DNA of 64,000 nucleotides from Carcharhinus longimanus. Taxonomy: Eukaryota. Made by a program: the position numbers and the translations under genes. The stretch covers positions 9,571,648 through 9,635,647 of the forward strand of contig JASCQW010000112.1 of the NCBI GenBank assembly GCA_030264375.1, in the 5' to 3' direction. Numbering within the stretch: the first letter of the stretch is position 1; each line of letters starts with the position of its first letter. This document shows, in pieces, positions 14,530 to 29,095 of the stretch. The notes under the pieces were generated by a model. That model did not search any database, had not been told where the DNA came from, and saw only the letters and a program-made list of their open reading frames with translations.

Positions 14530-15053
14530 GTGTTGATAAATAATAGCTGGCATGTGATTTCACAGAAGTGCCTCTTCTGTGCTGAATAGTAGCAGAGAAA
14601 ATTCACCAGGATGATGCCTGGGATGGAACATTTAATTTGTGAAGTGTGTGTGCAGGCTTGGTTTGATTTTATTGGAGAAGACAGACGATCTGATCGAGGT
14701 GTACAAGATTGAGACATGGACAGAATGAACAAGGAGCAGCTATTCCCCTTAGTTGAAGAGTTAGTCATGAGGGGCCATAGGTTCAAGGTAAAGGGCAGGG
14801 GTTAGGGGGAGATGAGAGAACTTTTCTTCCCAGAGGGTGCTGACAGTCTGGAATGCACTGCCTGGGAGAGTGGTGTAGGCGGGTTGCCTCAGATCCTTTG
14901 CAAAGTATCTGGATGAGCATTTGGCACATCATAACATTCAAGGCTATGGACTAAGTGCGAGCTGATGGGATTAGGTGGGAGTTCAAGTGTTTCTAATATG
15001 TCGGTGCGGACCCTTGGGGCCGAAGTGCCTCTTCTGTGCTGTATGATTCTATG
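14530..15053 (+). mobile_element. CR1 LINE 3' end (decayed)
   Basis: GAGGGGCCATAGGTTCAAGGT and GTCTGGAATGCACTGCCTG blocks; tail CTGTATGATTCTATG. Confidence 0.8.
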
Positions 15054-16624
15054 GGATCAATTGAGCCAAATATTACACAAGTTGATGTAAATATTGATTC
15101 TTCTGAACCAAACATCTGTTTTTAAAAGGAAGTAGTATTTTATCTGGCTGCTTGTATGTTTTGAAGTTACTTTCCAATAACAATTACACAGTTGAAACAA
15201 GGCAGTAGCAAGACCTGTTTGAGGGTAAGGTGAGTGAGCAATTTATCAGAAACATGAGATTTGATTACAGGTTCATAACTGTACTGACTTGAGAGTGTGT
15301 GTTAGTTAACGCTGAATATTGCTAAAGATTGAGGGAAGCAAAGTCTGGAGATTATACCCCATGTTTTTCAATCTCAAAATGTTGTTATGTGGTACTTGTT
15401 TTGAAATAGTCAGATTAATTCCCTAATGGCAGGGAACCTGCTATTTTGCATCTTGGTGGGAGAACAAAAACACCTGTGCCTTGCAACACCTCAGCTCATC
15501 TGCGGAGGATTCCCCTTACATTTGCAATTGAACCCAGCTGGAAGCTCTGTCCACAAACATAGGAAATTGTCACGCAGGAAGAGAGCTGCTTATTCTTATA
15601 ACTGCCCCGGATCATGATGTGACCCAATCCAGCCCCCTCCCCAATCCTGCAATCGTGTAATTGCCTGAGACAAAATGAGGGAAGGCGAAGCAAGACCAGT
15701 AAGGAAATTAATATTGCGGTAAATCCCCCTCCAACGCTTCAGGCAATTGGACTCGTATAAACTAGCAAATGCAGCACTAACTGGTCCATAATCATGGAAG
15801 CATTTGGGTAGCATAAAAATGATGCATTCTGCATTTTTATTGCATTGACATAGGAAAGCTGATAACAGCACAAGTCTCACAGCTTTTGTGGAATGCTTCA
15901 ATGGTTGCAGTCACAAGCAATCTTAAAATGTGGTCTATTGAGAATGCATTTTAATTTTAGAAGCACTCCAATCCTGTTTATCGAGTTGATTGCATTTGCC
16001 TGGTGTAACTTCGATCTGAATAAGCCACCTTGTGAGCTGATAGAAAGCATGGTTGTACCAATGATAAAACTTCCTATCATCTCCCTGCTAATGTGCTCCC
16101 ATGTTTGTACACATTTTCCATAACAAGTGACGTAGCATGGTACAATCAAGGTGTGATTAATTCATGAAATGTATATCATGAGATCAACAGTGGCTATACT
16201 GAACACCAATATATTGCCTGACTCAACATGTCCTCCAGTAAATTGTAGCTAATCTTGCGTTTAATGCCTTGTACGTGAGTTTGTCTAGAATTCAATGACA
16301 TTAAGAATTTTCCCACAAGCAGTGAAATGGTTGTAGCATTTTTTAAAATTCAGAATGTTTCTTGTATTCCTCATTACAAGCATAGCTGTCTGGTTTTAAA
16401 TACTGACAACTTTGTGGTGTCATGAGGGAAACTCATGTCCAGTGGTGCAAGGATAGATTTTTTTTCTTGAAACTTACCAAAAGCAGCTATAAATTTCCAA
16501 ATACTTTTGGCTTCACCTGTTGTAAGCTTCAAGAATGGCTGTGCTTTCTCCCTAGTTAACCAGCTTGCTCAGCCCTTTTCCCCCCTTCTGTAGGCATGTT
16601 GGTCAGAGGTTAGCAAAAGCAAAG

Positions 16625-17102
16625 GAAAATAAAGACTTGATATACTGGCTTTCACAATCACATCTGCTTCAGTGAACTTCCCAACCAATTACATACTTTT
16701 GAAACCTAATCACTGAAATGCAGGAAATGTGGCAACCAATTTGTTCACAGCCAAGTCCTAAAATAGCAATGCAATAATGACCTTATGATTTATTAGTAAC
16801 TTAGGTTGAAGTATAAATATTGGCCAGGCTACAGGAGGACACTCTGATGTCCTTTAAAATAGTCCTGGGGATCTTTCATGTTCACCTGAAGGAAAAGTTT
16901 GTTTATTAGCCACAAGTAAGGCTTACATTAACACTGCAATGAAGTTGGCATGAAATTATCAGAAAATGGTGCCTCATCCCAAACACAGAACCTCCAATGG
17001 TGTAGCACTTCCTCTGTTAAGCTAATTTATGCATTTAAGTCTCTGATGTGGGACTTTGGCCCACTAATTTGCCAGGGTCGAGAATGGTACCCACTGAGCC
17101 AT
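16625..17102 (-). mobile_element. Deu-domain SINE
   Basis: Reverse homolog (AAATAGTCCTGGGGATCTTTCATGTTCACCTGA; ACCCACTGAGCCA head). Other decayed copies at about 505-785, 1855-2270 and 7455-7745. Confidence 0.6.
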
Positions 17103-19253
17103 GAAATGGCTGAATCGGAATAGAATGTTTGAACCCCTTGTGAGGTCATAAGTGAGTGGACAACACTGCAATCTCATCAGAATGTGCAGTGCTTCTGAGA
17201 GGTACAGATGGAGCATTTAGACCATTAATGCCCAGAACAGCATGGCCAGTAACAGAAACCATTTTAGTCTTTCAAAACTAAACACTAAATAAATCACTCC
17301 CACAATTTCCAGAATTTTGTTAAAAATTGATATTGATGGAAAAAGACCTCAGTGGCAATTTTTTATTCTTCTGTGGGATGTGGGCTTTGCCAAATTCCAG
17401 CATTTATTGCCCAACATTAATTGCCCCTGAAGTTGGTGAGACACCACCCCCACAGTATAGCAAAGTAGAGAATTCTAGGATTTTGATCTAGTGACAATAA
17501 AGGAATGGCAATGCACTTCCAAATCAGGATGTGTAACCTGAAGGGTAACTTGCAGGTGGTGGTGTTTCCACGCGTCTTCTATTCTTGATCTTCGAGTCGT
17601 TCAGGGTCACAAGTTAAGAAGAAGCCATGGTGAGTTGCTGCAGTGCATCTTGTAAATGGTAAAACTCACTCTAGAATTGAGATCTGGCTACCTCCATTCT
17701 ATTGTAATCATTCTTCCTATTTGTCTGGGGATGATTAAATATTTAATTTAGGATGATGAAACTTGTCAGTATTCCATGATTTTACTAGTCTCCAGCTGAT
17801 ATGGTCAAGATGCAGTGTTTAAGAGCTGAGCCTAACTCGTTCATAGTCATGTCTATAATAAAAACAAAGATCCAACTGTTGATTTGTGACAAGACAATGG
17901 TTAGACAGTACATTGGCAAACACTTCTGGTTATTACTACCCTTCCAGTTTAATTCAGCCGTATGTGTAAATATATTCTTGGGTTCAAACTATTATTCTGC
18001 TCTGAGATGTTCTCATGAATGATTAGCAGATTTTGATGGTGGAAAACAGAGCAAACATCAAGTGTAATCACCCCAATGTGGACTTGGGTTCAAAGACTTC
18101 ATAAAACATGCAGAAATGAGGGACTTGTGGTTGTTATAGTGCACTACAGAAACAGAATACCAAGGACAGCTAGAATGTGTAGCGACTATGATAACATTTC
18201 AAATATGAAAAATTTTGAAACGGTGCAATTTAAAAAGGAATGTAAGCAAGAAATGAAGACATGGGAATAATGTCTAAAAAATGTGTAGGTTGTGCTTTAG
18301 CCATGGTGTATGTACAAGTTTATGGGGATAGGGCGGAGTGGAGTGACTGGGTCGGATGTTTTTTCGGAGATTCGGTACAGACTTGGTGGGCTGAATGTCC
18401 TCTTTCTGCACTGAATGGGTTCTATGGATATCTTACACGTTTGAGACCTATTTGATAATCTTGGCTTATTTGCCCCCACATTGTTGGTTTTGTGGTTCTG
18501 AATATTTTAAAGTACATGGAGGAAATCTGTTTATGCAGAACTTTTCTAAATAGCTTGCAAATCCATATCCCTTCAGCCACATTAGTTTAGTTTTCGTTTG
18601 TAGGTGAATTCCCCCTTTTGAGGTCTTGTAACTGGCTATGTTGGAGCATGACACTAATGGTGATGAAGGACTATTTTTAAAAACGCTCCCTCAGGTTTTC
18701 ATTATAAACAACATCATAGTGGCAACTTGATTGATTTACTGAAAACTAAATGAACGTGTCAGTTGGATACTGACAATTATTGGTATTTGAATTCTGAGAG
18801 ATTAGTTGGTCAAAGTTTAGAATGACTATTCAAAGTTGGCTTTTCCATAGACCATGATTTGACAGTAGCCTGACTCCAGCAAGAGAGCTAAAATGCTGTA
18901 TTCTGAAAACTCTCTCCTGCCAGTCCCAGGTCAAAATACATTTGTAAACGTCTTGCCTAACATTGCTCAAGAGCATCCCAAGTCAAATCAAATCAATTCA
19001 ATTCACTTCTTTTTGAATTGATTTAGACTGCAAGAGGTCACGCTGCAAATTTGTCTTGGAATTTTCTTGGAATTTACCCAGATTGCTTCACACAAAATAA
19101 AATTGCAAGTAGCCCAGCACAGTTGGAATAAGCTGTGTAAGAGCTGACTGTACTGGACTCGAGTGGCAGTCTCAGTGGTTCTCCAAGTGAATTTTTGCCA
19201 TTAAAAGATGTGTTACAGAATATTCATGGAGTACATGGACTTTTCTGTTCCAG

Positions 19254-19448
19254 ATTCATCACGTTGCACAGAATGGAGGGCTATACAAAAAGCCATTTAA
19301 TCAATCTTTTGAGGAAACTCCTATGCTCGTTGCTGTGTTGACCTACATGGGTTATGGAATTCTTACGCTGTTTGGCTACCTCAGGGATTTTCTTCGGGAG
19401 TGGAAGATTGAAAAGTGTCATCATGCTACTGAACGTGAAGAGCAAAAG
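19254..19448 (+). CDS. SPTLC2: SPTLC2 coding exon (equivalent to human exon 2), 195 bp
   Basis: Bounded by ttttctgttccag| and |gtaggg. Translates [65 protein letters not shown], close to human SPTLC2 ([31 protein letters not shown]...) and unlike the SPTLC3 N-terminus. Confidence 0.96.
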
Positions 19449-19954
19449 GTAGGGGCAGAATTTCCAAAAATGTCCCTTTTTTTATTAAAATATTGGTGCT
19501 AGATGAATTGAAAAACACCTTGCCTCATGTTGCAGCATTACGTGCTCAAGGATGGGCCTCTAATTTCAATGACTAAGCAGACTAATTGCATAGCATTTTC
19601 AGAAGTCTGGAACTTTGAGCAATAATCCCACATATATTTCAGTAGTAAAGTATAGGGTGTGCCCTTAAGTATAAATGTAAGAAATATTTTCTGGTGATGA
19701 AGCTGCAACTGTCTTACTTTACTTTTGTATAGTGGCTTTGCCATACCATTGCAAACAGGGATGCTTATTGATGATGGACACTCTTAGTCCCCATGCTAAT
19801 TTATATCTGATTCCTGAATTGCTGTTTGTGCATATGGATCACAGACCTTGGTGGGTGTTGCATTGTTGAGTTCTCCTGATGCTCAAAACTGTGGGAAACA
19901 GTACTTCAGAAACTGCTGTATAAAAACATAAATCAATTTTGGTCTTAAATTATA

Positions 19955-20525
19955 CTCTGCAATGGAACGTCACCACTTTGTGTGGTAAGCAATTCCAAGG
20001 ATTCATAGCCACCTGAGTGAACAAAGTTCTCCTCTTCTCAGACCAACAAGACTGTGCCTCCTTAATTTAGATTCCCCAGACATGGGAAATGCTCAATGAA
20101 GCATAACCTTCCTCTTATTGCAAGGTGAATTGAATACAAGTGATACTAGGACATCCATATACCTCTATCTCAGAGCTCTGCAATTTTTCACAATTTAGAT
20201 AAGCTTTTTCATTATTCACAAAATGGACCATTTCACACTTTCCCATATTATTCTCCATTTACCAGATCTTTGCCCACTCACTAATCTATCTATCTTTTAT
20301 GTAGCCTCCTTGTGTCCTCTTTGCAACTTACTTTCCTACCTATGTGTCATCTGTAAATTTGGTGACCATTCCTTCATCCAAATCATTTATATAAATTGTA
20401 AAATGTTGAGATCCCAACACTGCCAACCTGACAAGAGCCCACTGTGCTTCCTCTTAACCAGCCAATCTTGCATCTGTACCAATTATGTTACCCACTATAA
20501 TAGCAGCTTTTATCTTCCACCATGG
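19955..20525 (-). mobile_element. CR1 fragments (decayed)
   Basis: AATTCCAAGGATTCATAGCCACCTGAGTGAA and TGTGTCATCTGTAAATTT (reverse of the KFADDT coding block). Confidence 0.65.
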
Positions 20526-23500
20526 TATTGTGGTTTATCCAAGGCTATAGGTGTCAGACATCAGAGTGGAGAATACCAGTCCATAAAAGATTGTTCATCA
20601 GCCAGTCTTATCAGTGAGACCTCTTGCAGTCTAAATTAAATGTTCTAATGTAGAACTGTCTAAACACAGTCTGGCGGTCAGCTGTCTAGCATATCTGCCA
20701 AGTGATTTTGCTGTTACCAAGTCAGCAGCATTAAACTGCATGTTTGATATTTGTGCAGTGATAACTGTCCATAAAAACAATCTTTTATCATTTGGGATTG
20801 TTCTCACTATCCTCCTGAAGTGAGCAACATTGTTTGGACTTAAACTTGCACTTTAGTTACTGCAGTCCAATCTGAGTATTGCTCATAAAAGAGACATGCT
20901 GTCAAAGTTTTTTGCTTGCATTGATCAGGACATGCAGAAATGCTTAATTTCAAGGGAGCAATAATGTATACAAGAAAAGGGTGAGATTGGCAAGTTGATT
21001 CTACTTGAGGTGTTGCCATGACGTATGCTGCTGGGAATTGGCTACAATTGTTTTCCACTCAGACTTTTGATTAATTCAGAAAGGCGCAATGCCTGGACAT
21101 GTTCCTTTTGCCGGCAAAAGATAGATCCCACAGGATATAAATTGTGGTGATAATTTGAAATTTGGAATTCTTGCATCTGTCCTGATGTTTTTTTGCCAAT
21201 AATCAAGTTCGGGATCACCAAGCGACTATTTGGAATCCAATCAACAGAGCTCACTTTTTTGGAGCAAATCATACTGCAAAGGGTACTTCCCTCAGGACTA
21301 GCTTTTTTAAAAAAAAGTTAGTTTTTCAGATTTGAGTCAGTTGAAAGGATTTCCTCAGATGTGTATCTACTTATTACAGGAAATGTGCTTCCAACCAATT
21401 TGTCTTAACTGTTAGCACATAGGCATTTTCCAAATTTGGTATTCTGATTTTTTTCAGCTGCCAGACCATGTTGTAATCGCCCTAAACATATTGTTTCAGT
21501 TTAGTGATTTAAGGTAATATATTTGTGGAGTTGAAGTGTCTAATCTACAATGACCAGCAATCTCAAGTCTTTCATTTTAATGTGAAAACTATTTTGTTTT
21601 CTTGTACCTGACTTTGTCTCTGACATTCTAGCTGCTAGCTAAGCAAGGCCTCAATTTTAAAATATTTGTATGCTTTTAAATCCATTATGACTTTGCCCGC
21701 CCTATGTCAGTACTGTCATCCAACCTCCCAAGACAGCTGTGCTCATCTAGTTTTAGCCTCTTGAAAATCCCTGATTTTCAGCAACTCGTTAAGCTCAAAT
21801 TGCTCCACTAAAACTCTGTTGTTTGATCTCTCCTTTTTTCAGATGCTCTTTCCTATCTTTTTGACCAAGCTTTTGATTGTCTGCCTTAATCACTTTGTGG
21901 TTGGTGTCTAATTTGCTTTATAATGATTTTGATTTGATGTATTGTCGCATGTATTAGTATGCTGTGAAGAGTATTGTTTTTTGTGTGCACCTGTGAAGTA
22001 CCTTGAGCCATTTTATAACGCTAAAGGTGTTAAATAAATAGTTTGCTACTCACCTTGCTCATACTCCGTAACATCAGATTACACAAGTCTTTCCCAAAGA
22101 CAGATCTTCTGCAGTAACTCATGGCTGTCAGTTTAAAAGCTAACTGTGCAGACCTGAAATAAAAGCTGTCTTCGTTGGAAACTTGGCACTTGAGCAACTC
22201 TCAAACAGCAGCAAAACAGTTCCAGTGAGTTTGGGTGTAGCCATTGTTGCCAACATTTAGTTCCTGAACTGGAATTTAATCAGGTGAAAATATGCAACTG
22301 ACCTGATTGGTATTGTAGGTGTCTGACACCAATTCCATCTGGAGCAAATCTATTTAGTCCTTTGTTGGAATTATCACTTGATGATCTTGGGTCCATTTGA
22401 GATAGGACCAAAAGATTCGGTGCTGGAAAGGGGGCAGGGAGCAAAAGAGTTTTGTTGGTGAAATGTTTTCTTTCAGGAATGATGGTCAATTGACAGAGGA
22501 CCAAATTCAGGCTCGTTTTCATTGCGAGTTGTTTTAAGCTTAAGTCAGCAATCTGACTTGAACGTAACAGTGAAGTGCAAACAATGAGTGTTCACTGAAT
22601 ACTCCACCGAAAGAGGCATTTGTTTTCCATTACTGACCCTCAGATTTTGCTGTGCTCCTATTACTGTTGGCGTACCAGCAATGTTAAACTGGCTATTTCT
22701 TTATACACTGTCATTTTCCAGACCTAAAGTTATTAGAGGTTGTATTTTACAAAAGCGGTACTTTCAAATAGAGATGTTGGAGTTATGCATATAATCAATG
22801 TTAGGAACTCTGAGGCCATGTCTACCCAGCAGCAAATTAAAATCCCCTCAATTGTGGATTCACTTCTCCTTTTGAAACGGAAGGGGAGGAAGGATAAACT
22901 AATTGTGTTTTCCAGTGTTTGCATCCAAGATTAGCAAATGCAGGCCTCGATTAAAAACGCAAAGGAAATCATCAGGAAATAATTAAAATATGATACTAGA
23001 CACAAGTAAATGCTTTTCATACAATTTTCAGCCTGCCAACTTAGCAATTAGGCTAGTAGCCCTGAAAGGGGAAAGAGCATCTCTGATTGCATAGTGATAC
23101 GATCCCTTTGGGGAACTGTAAACTAAAATAAAATTTACCAAAAGATTCCCATGAAATGCCAACAAGATTTCACTTTCTTTGTAACTTTTTACTTCTAACA
23201 TAAATTAACCACAAATCAAAGGACAAATAAAAAGGTACTTCACTTTATATAGTCAAAATGTCACATGCAAGCACCTACATCATTCCTTGCAGACATGTGG
23301 CAGCAAAGTTCCCTAACTCTGACTCACTTTCCCACCCAATAGATTTGGCTCTCGAGACACATTCACCGGCTGTATTCCATTCAAGGTCTCCACAGATGGT
23401 TGTCACCTGAGCGATGCAGTCTTGCAGAGCCTCCTTGGTTTAGGTTCACATCAAATTCCTCTATCCCACCCTTTAAGTGCTATTAAATGGTCTGTTCAGC

Positions 23501-25267
23501 TCTGGCAAAACTGAAGCAGTAGCAGCAAGTGTGTCCAATTCACAAGCCCTGCTCTAATCTTTTAGCTTTCTATCTTGTTTTAACTCGCACGCTTACTTCT
23601 GTCTCAGCTTTTCTTTGCTCTTTGCAGCAGTAGCTTCTATGGCTGAGTTCTGTGTCTGGCCACACAGCCTATGTATGTAACCTGTTCCCATTCAATTGTT
23701 TTGAAATTCAGCTAAAATTAAGATTGAGCCATGAAATTAGTTCTGTTGGGTTCCTGACAGTACTATAATTTATCAATGGATCTTCTTTCACGCTGCCAGA
23801 ATATCTGCAATACTTTTTATAGTCATTTCAAGAACAAAATACCCAAAAACAGTTTCCATGTGGGAAGGACAGCACATTGACTTTGGAGCTCTGATGCCAG
23901 AAACAGTTAACCTCTTAACATTAATTTTCTGGGTGTGTAATAGCAACATGTAGCAGTGATGACTCTGAATCTGCCTTCTATGCTTTTGATCATTTTCTCA
24001 ATTCATACAACAATCTTGGCTACCTTGCAACAGTAACATTGTCCAGTCTTGATCATTCATAAAATCTATGAAAACAGACATATAGCTCACCCAACTAGCA
24101 TCTATTTTTCTCCTTTTGTCTCCATACCAAAGTATAAGCTTCTATTTTGACCCAGTAATTGGGGTATTAGGGTGATGCCACCTGTTGAAGATCCTGCCAA
24201 TACAAATTCAAAATTGTAAGTTTGAGCCCATCGTAGTTTAGCTTTAAGAAAATTCCAAATGCTATTTATATTATGTTGTTTTGTGCACACTAGTCTTACT
24301 TTTACAATCTTTAGCTGTAATACAGTCACTTGATGTTGAGAATCTGTTGTTCTTTATACTCGTTCCAAGGTTTAATGAGTCCTTCGATTTTACTCTATAA
24401 ATTGTACTTAAAGGATCAAGCTTCACAAATCTTTACATTATGCTGTCAGGTGAACTGAAGTATCAGGAGGTCTTGGGTGGGGAGGAGGTGGCAGTGGTGT
24501 GCAGTGGATAGCATGCCCAGCATCGGCCTGGCTAACATTGTTCCAAGGTATGACATCTTAGCTGTTTCTGTGTGCATCTGGGATGTTTGGATGCCAATAC
24601 ATTAGTCTTGCACGCTCAAAGACCACTCTTAGAGAAATGGGCTCATTGATTTTCTTTAAATCCTAACCCTTTGAGGCTAACCTGTTAAAAGAATGTCATC
24701 TGCTTTCCTTCCGCGCCTCCTCATCGCACTAGGAATTGGCGTCACTTCGCCCTGTCTAATGCACGCTGACAAAGCTCCACAAAGGAGTCTAGACTATCTG
24801 AAAAACAGAATATTACAGGTATTCGGAAGCAAGTGATTTGNNNNNNNNNNTGATTTGCAATCAGTGATGGCATTTACCAACAGGGATCTGCAAATGGTTA
24901 ACTCTCATAACTAGCTGATTTAACATGGTATTGCTTTGCTAGTTTCAGGTGACAGTTATATCAATCATCTGGCTCTGCAGTTACCGTTACTGTTCTGATT
25001 CCATTCTGTGGCACCATTTGGAATTACAGATACTTTATTCCTGCGCATGCAGTCAAGACTTCAGTTGTCTGAATCGCTGAGTTTTTAATTGGGCATCTTT
25101 CATCCTATTTTATGTTAGTAGTTGACCTTGTGTATTCAGTGGACCGTAGCCAAACTGGCTTACCTAATTGCAGTTCACAAAACCCATGAAGCAGGGGCCC
25201 TGCTGCTGGAGCAACAAGTTCAGTCCTTTCTGGCAAAGCAAGAATTATGAGAAATATACATTTCCTT

Positions 25268-25566
25268 AGGCAGCCTGATCGCAGAATGGTTAGCACTGCT
25301 GCCTCATAGTGCTAGGGACCCAGGTTCAATTCCCGGCTTGAGTCATTGTCTGTGCAAACTCTGCACGTCCTCCTCGTGTCAGTATGGGTTTCCTCTGGGT
25401 GCTCTGGTTTCCTCCATAGTCTGAAAGATGTGCTGGTTAGGTGCATTGGCCGTGCTAAGTTCTCCCTCAATGTACTCGAACAGCTGCCTAAGTATGGTGA
25501 CTGGAGGATTTTCACTGTAACCTCATTGCAGTGTTAATGTAAGCCTACTTAAATAAACTTTAAACT
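25268..25566 (+). mobile_element. HE1-like tRNA-derived V-SINE
   Basis: tRNA-like head TGGTTAGCACTGCTGCCTCA...GGTTCAATTCCC; V-domain GGGTTTCCTCTGGGTGCTCTGGTTTCCTCC; tail CATTGCAGTGTTAATGTAAGCCTACTT. Confidence 0.8.
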
Positions 25567-27202
25567 CATTAGCTTCACTGTTGAGGATACAATCCAACTG
25601 AAATGTAGTTGATTTCCTCAAAGTTACTTTAAAAAGTAGAGAATAAATGTTGCCCTGTTTATACATTGTGGCACAATGTTTTGGCAATACACATGGAGAA
25701 ATAAAGGAGTTTATTATTTACATTTAATATGCTTACACAATGAATGTGACTCACTTGGGTGAGGTATTAGAACTTGATTAGACATAAAGCATCTCTTGTA
25801 GACTACAGCATTTGGACCAAATAAAAGTGCTACTCATTACCGTTTTGCTTCTAAATGTCAGTGTACATGCAGTTAGATTTGTCAACAGGAAAGTTTGTCA
25901 TGGGGAGTAATTTTTTTGGGGGGGTGGCATTGGCAGTGACTGCAGTGGGGAAACAATGTTTGGAATACACTTGGTGATTTTGAAACTCACCAGGCATATT
26001 TGCAGTGGAAACAAATAGCATTGTTTATGGGATGTGTATGTTTTGGCAGCCAGGTAAGTGCTAGATGCTGCTTTCTGAATTTGAGGTGGACTTCTTTGCC
26101 CACCCAAATCATACACTTCATGCTGGGAAGTCTCTGCAGATAAATAACAAGTTCGCCTAAGGTTGGAAATTGTTGGAATCCCTCCCATCAGATTTCTGCT
26201 CCTGTTGCAGTATAGAAATAGCTCTTATTTGCTTACTATTGGACTCATTTCTTTCTTATCCATGTGAATATAGCTGTGTGTATTTTACAATTTCTCCTTG
26301 CCTTTTTAGTAATTAATAAACTTAACTCAATCTCGTGAAAACTTGATTAAATTGTCTCCTTTTTAAACATGCCTTTTCCANNNNNNNNNNNNNNNNNNNN
26401 NNNNNNNNNNNNNNNNNNNNNNNNNNNNNNNNNNNNNNNNNNNNNNNNNNNNNNNNNNNNNNNNNNNNNNNNNNNNNNNNATTGGCTCCTTTTTAAACAT
26501 GCCTTTTCCAGACCCAATAGTTATTGAAGGTAAAGAGAAACTTGTTCGATTAAACCTTTGTTGCTACCAGCAGATAGCGGGTTGAATAAAGACACTGATT
26601 TATTCCTCCTCAACCCAATTTGTACAATTTTGGGGATATCCCAGCCAGAGGTGACAAGTTGAAGGGTTTCACCTGAACCAGCAACTTTTGGGTAACCTCA
26701 CCCAGGGCTGGTTGTAACAGTTGGGAAATGTTATATTGACTGTATAATTGAATCTTTGCCTGATTTATGTATTTAAAAGACATCATGCAGTTTTATTGCT
26801 AAGGAGCACAAAGAGTACAGGGCTGCTTATTATTGGGCTGTTAGAACCTTGCAAGCTTCACTGATTTTTTTGAAAGCAATGAAAACCTCTTGGGTTGTAT
26901 CTGAATTTAGTCAAATGATGATTCCAATTTCCATGTCACGGGTTGTAAAAACAACAGACTTACAAACGTTTGGGCAACATTTGTATGTGTTCTACAATAG
27001 ACAATCAAGCTCTCAAGTTCATTTTTACCAAACGAGAGTAACATTTGTTTAGTTTAATCATGTGGATGAATTATTAAATGCACTATTCTGTCAAGTATTC
27101 CCAGTTTGGAGCAGAAAATTAATTTTGACATTAAAATTATTTCAATTCCAGAATAAGAAAATGCATGGCCTTGGAATAATTCTGAATAATTCTTCTGTGT
27201 AG

Positions 27203-27357
27203 GATTTTGTGCCGTTGTACCAAGACTTTGAAAATTTCTATACCAGAAACCTGTACATGAGAATTCGAGACAGTTGGAACCGGCCAATCTGCAGTGTCCC
27301 CGGAGCAAAGTTTGATGTAATGGAGAGAGTTTCCCATGACTACAACTGGACGTTTGA
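27203..27357 (+). CDS. SPTLC2: SPTLC2 coding exon (exon 3 equivalent), 155 bp
   Basis: Bounded by ctgtgtag| and |gtgagt. Translates [51 protein letters not shown](E). Phase 0 in, phase 2 out. Confidence 0.97.
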
Positions 27358-28364
27358 GTGAGTCACCTGCCCACACTTAATGTACCTGCTAATCTTATTC
27401 AGGGTTAATGAACCAATTCAAACTGAAATTTGTGGTGTTAGACACTTAATTTTCATTGTCTGAAGCTGATATCTGTGTTTAAGAAACATGTGATCTGCAT
27501 GAGTGTTTAAATTCAAACTGAGGCTCAACAGTAATAAACATCAAAAAGTTTAGATTTTCTGTGTTTTGATCGCTTTTATGTCAGTTATATAAAAGTTAAC
27601 CAAGAGCATTCTTGTCTTTCACAGCAAACTAATTTCATTAGGGATGGTGGGGCTGGGCGTATTATTTGAATGCTTTATTTACCTTTGTTATAGTCAGCTG
27701 TCAGAATCACAATGGTGCTTTACCTCGCATAGCAGCTGCTTTACTGAGGACAAATTCACTGGAGGGTGGGAAGGAAGGAAAATAAGTATACTGTAGACAA
27801 TAAAAAAGGGGGGGGTTAGGGCAATTGTGGTCGCGGAGCAGACCAAGTAACATCTTTCACATAGAAAAGATCCAAGGTGTTTCAGACTCTGAGAAAGTGA
27901 TGGCAGTTTTTTTGGTAGCCAATCAGTAGCGTACAATCCTGAGATTCTGTAAACTGTTACATTTAAGACCCCATAATGCCAGTGATGTTTGAAAGGGGAG
28001 AGCCTGGTTGATGCATTAGATTTCTTAATTGTGTTCCATCATCTAATCATGCAAAAGACAGAATTAATGATAATTGTTTCAACCTGTTGAGGAAAAGTGA
28101 ATCAATAAAGAAAAATCAAGCTTCCATTTATGCCCTTTTAGTTGTGTTGTCTTTACCATTGAAAACACATTAGTGATATCATTTTGACACATTGTGCTGA
28201 AATTAAAAGCAGCCCCTCAGTCATTACAGCTGAGAGTATATGTGAAATATGTAATACTAGTGATGTGAAGAAAGTGTTGTTATATTGTGTCAACACAAGC
28301 CTGTGAATTTTATTCCCACTAATAATTTTCAAGATGGCCATTTAGTTTGTCACGTCTGTGCTGG

Positions 28365-29095
28365 CTGAAAAAGAATGATTCAGCCCAACTCCACTTTCCA
28401 GCTTTTGGTCTAGTTTTGTAGGTTCCAACATTTCAAGTGCATATCAGTTCTTCTTAAATGCTATGAAGGTTTCAACCTCTTGCAGGCAATGAGTTCCAGA
28501 CCACCTCCATCCTCTGGGTGACAACATTTTTCTTCAACTCTGACACTTCCCACCAATTATTATATTAAAACTGTGCCTCTCTCTACTGAGGGAATTTGAT
28601 CCTTTCTATTGTTTGGACCCTTCATTTCCTGAACATCCATTAAATCTTTGTCCCACAATCTTTCCTCATAGCTGAAGTTCTCCATATCTATCAACAGCCT
28701 TGCAAGTCTCCTGCACCCCCCCTTTCTTATAATGTAGTCATTAGCATTGTACAAAGTACTCCAGTTATGGCCTAACTAATGTTTTATACACTTCTGGCCT
28801 AAACCTCTGTTTGGATTCTGTGTCTTGGCAAATGAAGAAAAGATCTTGTATGCTTAACTACCGTTATTCATCTGACCCACATCAGTGATCTGTGGACATG
28901 CACTTCAAGACCCCCCTCTTCCTTTTACACTAAATAGCCTATCATTTATTGTATGATTCCTTTGTGATTAGTTTCCCTGCCCGAAATACATACCTCTCAC
29001 TTCCCGGGCTGGAATTCTTCACCGCTTTTCTACTCCCCTGACCAGGTCTTTGATAGCTTTCAATCTCCTAAGGCCAGTTTTTGTGCATAATTGTT
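28365..29095 (-). mobile_element. CR1 fragment (decayed)
   Basis: Minus-strand MENFSYEERL; GAGTTCCAGACCACCTCCATCCTCTGGGTGA is the reverse of the FFTQRVV..WN coding block. Confidence 0.7.

Noticed and set aside
1-19253. SPTLC2 exon 1 or promoter
   Set aside because: No CpG island or matching N-terminal exon was recognised; the region reads as intron 1.
25280-25340. tRNA gene
   Set aside because: The A/B-box-like head runs directly into the SINE body, so it is a SINE head and not a tRNA.
26351-26510. ~30-bp sequence duplicated across an N-gap (and TGATTTG across the gap at 24841)
   Set aside because: Typical assembly overlap artefact.
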